A DNA stretch of 64,000 nt from a virus: the IMG/VR virus record IMGVR_UViG_3300029544_000195; one strand, written 5' to 3'. This document shows positions 53,613 through 62,300 of this stretch, piece by piece. Within the stretch, counting starts at the first letter, position 1, and every line of letters begins with the position of its first letter. A program made the translations under genes and the position numbers. The notes beneath the pieces were generated by a model that had not been told where the DNA came from, ran no database searches, and worked only from the letters and a program-made list of their open reading frames with translations.

Positions 53613-54575
53613 ATGAAAGTTATTAAGAAAATACTGGCAGTAACTATGGTTTGTGTTGTTATGCTGACGAATACTGGTTGCGAAAATCCATTTATTGATA
53701 CGCCGTCCAATACCCCGGACCCTTATGCGATACAGATTTATACAAAAGATGATTTGCAGGATAATTGTTATTATATTAAGCATGGTGATGAATTTTACGA
53801 AATCCCATACGGGGAGCAAAGCTTCTATAAAAACGAAGAAACAGAAGCAGAATATGTTTTGGCGCAGGATGATGAACCGGAGCCGACAAGAAACTGGTTT
53901 TACAAAAAAGGTAAAGATGAGTTAATCATTCCTACTATGTATCAGGATGATAGTATCGTATATAAAACATCGGAAACAATTGACAATGTGTTTGAATGGG
54001 AACGATTTTCAGATGATGGTTATACAATTGGCCTGAGAGGAATTAATTTATCAGAAAACGGTAAATTGATTACATCAAATTATATAGCCAATCTTTTGGA
54101 GAACAGTCCATTTGACAAAGTAATGCACCGTGTTGAGGAAATGGATAATGAATATTACCAAACATTTACAATTGATTCTATTAACGGAAAGAAACTTTCT
54201 CAAAAAGATTTAGGAGAAAATGGTTGCATTAAGGGCCTCAATACAGATACAGAATTAAAGGTTCAAATTTATGCCGGCACAACTCCCTATGTAATTAAGA
54301 CCAAAGCAGATGTGCGTGTATTTAGCAACATCGAGAATTATTGGACGAAAACAATCCAGTATCAGTCCGGATTTGCTGAAATAACCACTTCGAAATCCTT
54401 TATTTCTGGATATTATAAAGTGGAAAACAGCGGACTGTTTCGTTATATTGACCGTCCATATTCAAAAGACATTGATATAACTAAAATTGATTACAATAAA
54501 AGATACTTTAAAAAGGAAGAAAATGGTTTTCTTGTTACAAAAGATGATAAAGACCAGTACTTATACGAGCAATAA
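53613..54575 (+). CDS. lipoprotein (320 aa)
   Basis: Signal peptide with lipobox LTNTGC. Confidence 0.5.
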   Translation: MKVIKKILAVTMVCVVMLTNTGCENPFIDTPSNTPDPYAIQIYTKDDLQDNCYYIKHGDEFYEIPYGEQSFYKNEETEAEYVLAQDDEPEPTRNWFYKKGKDELIIPTMYQDDSIVYKTSETIDNVFEWERFSDDGYTIGLRGINLSENGKLITSNYIANLLENSPFDKVMHRVEEMDNEYYQTFTIDSINGKKLSQKDLGENGCIKGLNTDTELKVQIYAGTTPYVIKTKADVRVFSNIENYWTKTIQYQSGFAEITTSKSFISGYYKVENSGLFRYIDRPYSKDIDITKIDYNKRYFKKEENGFLVTKDDKDQYLYEQ

Positions 54576-54631
54576 TCAAAGAGGTGTTCGCATGGTAACT
54601 TCTAGTATCACAAAGAACCTTATATTTTTAG

Positions 54632-54672
54632 AAAAAAAAATCACTCGGTTTTAACGCCGAGTGACCTTTTTT
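54632..54672. terminator. bidirectional terminator
   Basis: aaaaaaaaaTCACTCGGttttaacgCCGAGTGAccttttttttt. Confidence 0.6.
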
Positions 54673-55374
54673 TTACATAGCATACAATTTTTTCCTAGCT
54701 GCAATTAGCTGAGCCGCTTCTTGATTTAATACACGTTTCATTGCTGAATAACTGGTTCCGGTCATTTTCAAAAATTCTTTTCCTTCTTTGGAGGAAAACA
54801 AATAGCCGCTTTCTACAATTGCATGTAGTCGTTCCATAATTTTCCCGTTCATGATAACCCGGTAAGTATCCGGGTCTTCTTCCCATAGCCGTTTTAAGGA
54901 AAAATTACGATTTTCGCCATTCAGATAATAACCGGCGATATCACGTTCTCGTGTTTCTTTTGTCCGATAGTTCCCATAAGAAATAATATCTGCTACGGCA
55001 TGAGGCGTTTCAAGGTCAAGATTTAATTCCTCAATCTCTTTTTGGGATAAAGGCGGTTTGTTTACAGGCTTAATATCAGCAGCTTTTTTCTCTGGAGCAA
55101 TGCCGGCCCATCCAGCAAGTGTTTCAAGGGCTTTCTGATAATCAATTCCGCAAACATTCATTACCATGCCCTCTAAGTTGGTCTGCCGGTCACACACAAA
55201 GCAATAATGACCTCTTTTGTTTAATACACAGTTATTTTTGTGTGTGTCATCATGGTCTAAGTTTGTACACAAAATTTCAAGTCGGCCATGATTTGAAACA
55301 TCAAGGCCAAGCTTTTCTGCAACGGTTATCCCGTCTAATGCTTCGTAAATTTTATCGCGATTGAAGTATGCCAT
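54673..55374 (-). CDS. CHC2-type zinc-finger protein (DnaG-primase N-terminal zinc-binding-domain-like), no toprim domain
   Basis: ILCTNLDHDDTHKNNCVLNKRGHYCFVCDRQTNLEGMVMNVCGIDYQKALETLA matches the CHC2 zinc-finger pattern (C-x-H...C-x2-C). Confidence 0.5.
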   Translation of the reverse strand: MAYFNRDKIYEALDGITVAEKLGLDVSNHGRLEILCTNLDHDDTHKNNCVLNKRGHYCFVCDRQTNLEGMVMNVCGIDYQKALETLAGWAGIAPEKKAADIKPVNKPPLSQKEIEELNLDLETPHAVADIISYGNYRTKETRERDIAGYYLNGENRNFSLKRLWEEDPDTYRVIMNGKIMERLHAIVESGYLFSSKEGKEFLKMTGTSYSAMKRVLNQEAAQLIAARKKLYAM

Positions 55375-55406
55375 ATCTAACCCTCCTTTTATTTAATTGA
55401 TATTTA

Positions 55407-55417
55407 TAATATGTCTT
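55407..55417 (-). promoter_or_regulatory. variant phage promoter motif (AAAAGACATATTATAA) on minus strand
   Basis: Reverse complement reads gcaaaaaagacatattataa. Lies ~30 nt before the RBS/ATG of the 55374 gene. Confidence 0.4.
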
Positions 55418-55448
55418 TTTTGCTATGGCAGAAAAAAACAAGGGCAAA

Positions 55449-55459
55449 CAGACATATTA
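55449..55459 (+). promoter_or_regulatory. phage promoter motif
   Basis: GCAAACAGACATATTAAAAG. Confidence 0.45.
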
Positions 55460-55492
55460 AAAGAAAGAATTAATAAGAAAGGATGATGAAGA

Positions 55493-56941
55493 ATGGGAAC
55501 TGTAGAACAAGATACATTACAAGGTTTTGCTCGATTTACAGATATAGCTACTGATATGCCAAAAGTATTTGGAGAAATCTTGCAGTCTGTGTCTCAAAAA
55601 TGGGGGCAAAAAGCAGATTATCATGCATTAATGAAATCTATGAATGAACATTTAGCAGATAACCCGAACTATCTGCCGCCATGTTTTGTGCCAAAAGATT
55701 TCGCACTCAAAGATTTTGAAGATGAATTTCATGCATTGGGCGGAAAGGGCATGGTTTCCGGTCGAGTTGTAAAAGGGCCGTACACCGGTACGGTTGTAGC
55801 TTTTGTACGAGAAGAAGATATGCTTTTAGCACAGATTGCAAAGGAAAGGGCGCTTTCTATTGGACAGACGCGAATGGATGAATTAGGAAACGTTTTGTCA
55901 AATTCGGTTGAAGTTAGTCTTCCTACGTTGAAATACAGCGCAAGCAAAAACGGATATCCAACACTTATGCAATTGCCGGCGATGGATGAAGTAAAGGCGA
56001 ACATGCTGTCAGAACAATTTAGAGTAAATGGTGTTATGTTCAGCAAAGTAGAGCAGGAAGGAGATGCCGGTGAAACAAGGCAGGCTTTTTACTGCAACCC
56101 GAAAGACCGTAAAAAAGTTGAATCTTGTCTGGCAAGAACAGAGGTTGAATTTGATGGAATTTCCGGAACACGGCAGCATATGATTCGTCAAAATGAAGTA
56201 GATGCTATTACAAAATCAATGAATTACATTGGGGCTAATAAGGCTACTCGAAATTTTTATGTTGTATCCGGCACGTGCACCAGTAATGTAATTGAAGTAA
56301 GCGGAGATAATTTAAATCATCAAACGATTCGAAAAGATGGTACTCCGCAAATTATGAGAAAAGTTAAAGGACAGGAAGATTTTAGCAATCTTGCTAGAGT
56401 ATATAAACAGGAAGTGTCTTCTATGAGGGCCCCGGTTGTTTTGGAGAAGGACGAATACGAAGCTGTTAAAAATGACAAAGAAGCGTTAGAAAAATTAGTG
56501 CAGGAAAAAAGAAAATTCCCGATGTATGCCAGCCTGGAAGAAAAGGCGCAGATTTTATTTGAAAAAGAAGTAAAAAATGCCTATATACGAAAAGTGTCTA
56601 TGACGCAATTAGTGCAGCCATATGATGCCATCGTGGATAAAATGATGCTGCAGGATGTCATGAATGGTGATATGACATTAGAGAATTATTTAGTTTCAGG
56701 GACAAATGCAGACCCAGATGCAGATATCGCAAAATGGAGCGAGGAAGAAAAAAGTCAAGCAGCTGATTTGATTAAAGGATATATTGAACGTTATGAGCAT
56801 GTTACGGAACAGATTATTGACAAAGAAGTAGACATTGAAGACCTTGATTACAAAGTAAGTCTTGATGATATGCTGAATGATATTCAGACAACAAATGCAA
56901 CATATGCATTGCCTGAAGCTGAGCCGGAAGTGGGTGATTAA
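55493..56941 (+). CDS. hypothetical protein (482 aa), translationally coupled to the coupling-protein gene
   Basis: Weak RBS (GGATGA) before the ATG. Stop lies 2 nt before the next start. No relaxase His-triad seen. Confidence 0.5.
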   Translation: MGTVEQDTLQGFARFTDIATDMPKVFGEILQSVSQKWGQKADYHALMKSMNEHLADNPNYLPPCFVPKDFALKDFEDEFHALGGKGMVSGRVVKGPYTGTVVAFVREEDMLLAQIAKERALSIGQTRMDELGNVLSNSVEVSLPTLKYSASKNGYPTLMQLPAMDEVKANMLSEQFRVNGVMFSKVEQEGDAGETRQAFYCNPKDRKKVESCLARTEVEFDGISGTRQHMIRQNEVDAITKSMNYIGANKATRNFYVVSGTCTSNVIEVSGDNLNHQTIRKDGTPQIMRKVKGQEDFSNLARVYKQEVSSMRAPVVLEKDEYEAVKNDKEALEKLVQEKRKFPMYASLEEKAQILFEKEVKNAYIRKVSMTQLVQPYDAIVDKMMLQDVMNGDMTLENYLVSGTNADPDADIAKWSEEEKSQAADLIKGYIERYEHVTEQIIDKEVDIEDLDYKVSLDDMLNDIQTTNATYALPEAEPEVGD

Positions 56942-56943
56942 TC

Positions 56944-59232
56944 ATGCCTAATAATAAGGAAGAAAGATTACGCGGAATCCGGAAAATGTTTATATTTTGC
57001 GGAGGAATCCTTTATTTATTGCTTTTGTTATTTACCTTACATATGGGCTGTATCAAACCGGAGTATGAAAACAATCCGATAAAGATTATGCAATTAGCAA
57101 TGGAACACATACAAGAAAAGCCGCTTGCTATTTTGCCATTTACGTCATATTCATTTGTTTATCCAATGGTTGGGACTTGTATCTTTGGTATCATAATGTT
57201 ATATGCGTATTTAATGGTAATAAGAAGAGATACAGATAAGGATGCCGGAGGTTCCGCTAAGTGGAATACGGATATGAAGGCGTATAATAAAAAGTATAAT
57301 ACGCCATTTCGTTCGATTAAAACAAATGGAGCAGATAATATAATTTTGGCAAAAGATTTGTATATGTCCATGAACGGAAGCAAAACACGAAGAAACTGTC
57401 ATCAGATTGTTTTCGGAGGGTCCGGTACTGGCAAATCATTTTCGCTTGTTAAGCCAAATGGGTTGCAGATGAATAGCTCCTATGTATTTACTGACCCAAA
57501 AGGAGAATTAACGGAAGCTTTAGCTGGACCATTGGAAGATGCCGGTTATGAAATTAAAATTTTTAACCTTAGTAAAATGTCGGATTCTCTATGCTATAAT
57601 CCGTATGCTTATATTCGAGATGAAAATGGTGTCCGTTCCATGGTAAATTGTATTGTAGAAAATACGCGAAAAGAAGGCACTTCCGGAGGAGACCAGATTT
57701 GGGATGATTCCATGACGGTATTATTACAGGCAATTTCTTTTTACATGATGGAAAAGCTGCCAAAAGAAGAGTGTAATTTATCGACAGCGATGAAATTGAT
57801 TCGTTTGGCAGAAGTGGATGAAAATAATTCTTCTGCGAAATCCGAATTGGATATATTGTTTGATAATTACGAAAAAGCAAATAAAGAAGCCGGTAACCCG
57901 GAAAGTATGGCAACGAAATGTTATAAGGAATTTCGTATTGCATCCGGTAAGACATTGAAATCTGTGTTGATTACAACAATGACTCGATTGAGCGCATTTG
58001 ATTATAGCAATGTAGCTAGTTTATTAAAAAGAGATGAATTGCATTTAGAAGAATTGGGAAGAAAAAAACAGGTTTTGTTTATTATTATTCCTACTGCGGA
58101 TAAGGCATTTAACTTTATTGCTGCTTGTTTGTATACGCAGTTGTTTGAATATTTGTATTATTTAGTAGAAAATATATATCCTCATAGTTATTTTTTACAA
58201 AAGGAAGTAAATGGATTGACGGAAACTTTCTTATGGGGTGAAACGATTGAAGAAGTAAAAGCAAAGAAGAAAATGCTTCAGAGCGCAAAGATTGTCGAAA
58301 AAGAAAATCATTATGAAATTGTCAGTAAAGAAGATATTTTTATTGAACGCTTCCTTAATAAGAAAGCAGCAGAATGGTTTTTAGCTAATGCCGGTGGGAA
58401 AATTGTTCCCGGCGACCGAACGTTACCATATAATATACGTTTTCTATTGGACGAATTTGCGAATGTTGGTAAAATTCCCGGATTTGTTGAAAAAATTGCA
58501 ACGATGCGTTCTTATAAGATGTGGTGTACCATTATCTTGCAGAATCAAAGTCAGTTGAAAAAAATGTGGGATGATGATATGAGTACTATTATTGGAAACT
58601 GCGATACGATGATTTTCCTTGGCAGTCAGGAAAAAGACATGATTGAATATATTCAGGCTATGCTTGGTAAAACAACGAAACGTCAGCAGGGAACTTCTAT
58701 TGGTGGAAAAGGCGGAGGAAACGAGTCTTATAATTATACCGGAACGGATTTGTTAGATTTTAACCAGATTCGTGAAATGGCGGATAATGATTGTATTGTA
58801 TTTATTCGAGGAGAAAAACCTTTTTATACAACAAAATACAATTACACAGAACATCCAAAATATCATTTAACTGGAGACGCTGATAAAGCACTTCGTTATG
58901 AAATTCCATATAATAGTCAACGTGTAATTGATTCTAAAATAGACAAAAAACAATCGCACGATGACAAGGTTGCTCGTTATAAGAAAGAAATCGCGCGAGA
59001 TGAGAAAAAGGTAATTAATGGGCCTAGTTATGAAACTGAGTCAATTTTGAACAAGGTCTGTAATGGAAATCCGGAGCAATTAAAAGAATGTTTGGAACTG
59101 GAACATGAAAACGAAAAGGTTGCGAAAACGGAAACTGAAAAGAAAATAGCAAAAGAAGAAAAAGAAAAATCAGAGAAACTTAAAATTGCTATGCAGGAAC
59201 AGGATGCAAATTTATGGGACATTATGATGTAA
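56944..59232 (+). CDS. VirD4/TraG-like type IV coupling protein (FtsK/T4CP-family ATPase)
   Basis: Two N-terminal TM helices. Walker A VFGGSGTGKSFSL. Walker B/T4CP motif RFLLDEFANVGKIPGF. C-terminal Lys/Glu-rich tail. Confidence 0.65.
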   Translation: MPNNKEERLRGIRKMFIFCGGILYLLLLLFTLHMGCIKPEYENNPIKIMQLAMEHIQEKPLAILPFTSYSFVYPMVGTCIFGIIMLYAYLMVIRRDTDKDAGGSAKWNTDMKAYNKKYNTPFRSIKTNGADNIILAKDLYMSMNGSKTRRNCHQIVFGGSGTGKSFSLVKPNGLQMNSSYVFTDPKGELTEALAGPLEDAGYEIKIFNLSKMSDSLCYNPYAYIRDENGVRSMVNCIVENTRKEGTSGGDQIWDDSMTVLLQAISFYMMEKLPKEECNLSTAMKLIRLAEVDENNSSAKSELDILFDNYEKANKEAGNPESMATKCYKEFRIASGKTLKSVLITTMTRLSAFDYSNVASLLKRDELHLEELGRKKQVLFIIIPTADKAFNFIAACLYTQLFEYLYYLVENIYPHSYFLQKEVNGLTETFLWGETIEEVKAKKKMLQSAKIVEKENHYEIVSKEDIFIERFLNKKAAEWFLANAGGKIVPGDRTLPYNIRFLLDEFANVGKIPGFVEKIATMRSYKMWCTIILQNQSQLKKMWDDDMSTIIGNCDTMIFLGSQEKDMIEYIQAMLGKTTKRQQGTSIGGKGGGNESYNYTGTDLLDFNQIREMADNDCIVFIRGEKPFYTTKYNYTEHPKYHLTGDADKALRYEIPYNSQRVIDSKIDKKQSHDDKVARYKKEIARDEKKVINGPSYETESILNKVCNGNPEQLKECLELEHENEKVAKTETEKKIAKEEKEKSEKLKIAMQEQDANLWDIMM

Positions 59233-59234
59233 GA

Positions 59235-59266
59235 AAAAGGAGCCTGAAAAGGGCTCTTTTTTTTCT
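59235..59266 (+). terminator. rho-independent terminator
   Basis: aaaaaGGAGCCtgaaaaGGGCTCtttttttt. Confidence 0.6.
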
Positions 59267-59289
59267 TGTTTGTTTTTAGGGTGGGCTAA

Positions 59290-59300
59290 CAGACATATTA
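59290..59300 (+). promoter_or_regulatory. phage promoter motif
   Basis: CTAACAGACATATTAATAT. Confidence 0.45.
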
Positions 59301-59377
59301 ATATAAGTGTAATGGAGAAGAGAGCATTACACGAGTAATTGTTAATTTTTTTATTGGAAAGGAGAGATTCTATTTTC

Positions 59378-62300
59378 ATGAGAAAAAGAAAAATTTTTAA
59401 ACGTTCGGTAGCCGGAGTCTTGGCTTTGGCAATGCTTTTAAGTGGCAATATCGGTTCAATCCGAAGTAAAGCTGCTGTACAAAGTGTAGCAACCGGGTCC
59501 GTTGCCGAAGTCGAAACAGACCCCGGAAGTCGCAATCTTTCGAATGTCTCTTTTGATGTCAATTCCATTGTTGAAAGTGGAACTGCCGGTTATTCTTATG
59601 TGAATAACGCATTAATTACCTATTGGGGCATTGATAAAAATGGCGTTTTTGCTTTTTACAAGATGGAAAATAACCGCCCGTCTGCGAAAATGGATGATGC
59701 CGGTTATTATGTTATGGGCAGTTGTTTGGCTAACATGTCAACTGCTGCTAAAAAGAAAATCAAGTATGTTATTGGTGGCTTGAATTCCGGCATGAAATTG
59801 GACGGAGATGGCGTTTTGGAATATGCTTTTGCTAATTGCGTAAACTTGGTTGAAGTATTTCGTCTTCCGCCGGTAGCGTATGCCAAAGGTATTTTTCAGA
59901 ATTGTAGAAAATTAGAGCATATTTGGTGTCCAATGGGTGACGCAAATCATGATGTTTGTGATTTACAAGCAGCATTTGATAACTGTACAAGTTTACATGG
60001 TTATTTGCTGTTTGGAAACATTGCATCAAGTATTTCGTTAGATGACAAAACTTTTAATGAGACAGGTTCAGATTGTGACGAAAGTGATAAGTTATGGCTT
60101 ACTGTCTATGGAGAAAACAGCGCAGCAAAAGATAAAATTTATACTTCTGCAAGAACAGGATGTTATGTTAATTATCTTGACACATCAAGTTCTGCTTCAC
60201 TTAGTATTTACAAGACAGCACTAGATACTACCAAAAATGTATCTTACAAGAAGGCAAATGGTGATTATCAGTCAATTACATCATCTATTACTTATGGACA
60301 GACTGTTTCAGACGCTCTTGATTCTGCTATGACAGAAAGTGGACTTATTGGCTACAATTATACGAAACAAACATCCAAAGGATATTATTTCGTTGCGCCA
60401 AACAAAAATCAGTCTTTACAATATGCAATGGGTAGCGGCTTATCCGGCCACACAAAGGATGATGTTTTGGATGCCGGCAATTATACAAAGGCAATTAAAT
60501 CAACCAAAAACAGCAACCTCATAGAGGGGACTTTAATGGTTAATAAATGCCCGATAACAGATTGTTCGGTCGCTTTGACAAATTCATCTGTTCCTTATAC
60601 TGGAGGCGCAATTACCAATAGCGTAACTGCTAAAAACCCTTATACCAAAAAAGCCTTAGTGCTTGGACAGGACTATACAGTGTCTTATAGCAGCAATACA
60701 AATGTTGGAACTGCCGTTGCCGTAATAAACGGTACAGGAAATTATTCCGGTTCAGTTACAAAAACATTTGCAATTGTGGATAAAACTGCTCCGAAAGGAA
60801 ATATTACTTCTAATATTACGGCGGACAAAAATCAGTCCGTAACATTAGAGGCTAGTGATAATGTAGGAGTTACTTCTTATTATTTTGGAGCTTCGGCTAG
60901 CCCAGCAAGTTCTGCTTATACCAAAGTGGCTTCCACAAAATCATTTTCGGTAGATAAAACAATTTCTACTGCAGGAACTTATTACTTTTTCGCTAAAGAC
61001 AGCGCAGGAAATATATCTGCTGTCAAAAAAATTGTTTGTTATCAAACAAAACTCTCTTCAAATGGTGGAAAAGTAACTTATGATGGAGCTATTTATGAAA
61101 CTGATTTTTCAATTGTAAAAGTCGGTGGAACAACCATTAATTTGCCTATTCCGAAAAAGAAAGGATATACATTCTCTTCTTGGGATGGATTTAATGGAAC
61201 TTACACAATCAATGAAACAAAATCATTGTCTGCTGTTTATGACAAAAACACTTATTCAATCATTTATGATTTAAATGGTGGAACTGCTGCAAATGTTAGC
61301 AATTATACAGTAGAAGATGATGACATTCATCTGAATGCACCAACAAAGCAGGGATATGTATTTAACGGATGGACCGGCAGCAACGGCGACACTCCGGAAA
61401 AAGATGTCGTAATTACAAAAGGTTCTGTTGGAAATCGCAATTATGTAGCCAATTATACTCATATTTACGATTACAACACTTCGGATGATACTGTAACAAT
61501 TTACAAAAATTCAGAAAATACTCGCTCTATTATTTATGCAGAATGTGCAAACGCTAAAAAAATTGCATTTGCCGTTGATGTAGATAATATTGCGGACATG
61601 GATTTTAGTAAATTTGCAAACTTGGAATCCATTACAGTAAACTCAAAAGATGCTGATTATGCATCAGAGGGTGGATTACTTTATAACAAAGATAAATCCA
61701 TTTTAGTTTACTGCCCGAAGAAACACAGTGATAATCCGGAAATCAGCAAAGTATGCGAAACAATTCAGGCAAATGCTTTTGCCGGCTGCACAGTTAAAAA
61801 TGTAGCAATTCCGTATTCGGTAGAAACGGTTGAGAAAAACGCGTTCGCTAACACAAACTTACATTCTGTAACGGTGAAAAATCCGGAAACTACTTTGGAG
61901 AAAGAGTCAATTCCGAATACAACAGAGAAGTTGATTGGTTTTCAGGGGTCAAGCGTGGCAAGCTATTGTCAGAACGCAAACCGTGAATCTTATGAAATTC
62001 TCACAACAATTCCGGATGATTTCTTCAAGGACGAAGTAACTATGGAATCGTTTGATATTCCGGCTAATATCACAAGTGTTGGAAACAATGCTTTTGATAG
62101 CTGCGTAAACTTGAAAGATATTACTCTGGGACGCGTTCAGACAATTGGTTCTTATGCGTTCAATAATACAAAGATTGCCGAATTGGAAATTCCAAATACG
62201 GTACAATCAATCGGAGAACGTGCTTTCTCCAGTATTGCCGCTTTAGAGACCATTGAATTTGAAGACCAGAGCGTTTTATCCAATATTGGAGCATTTGCTT

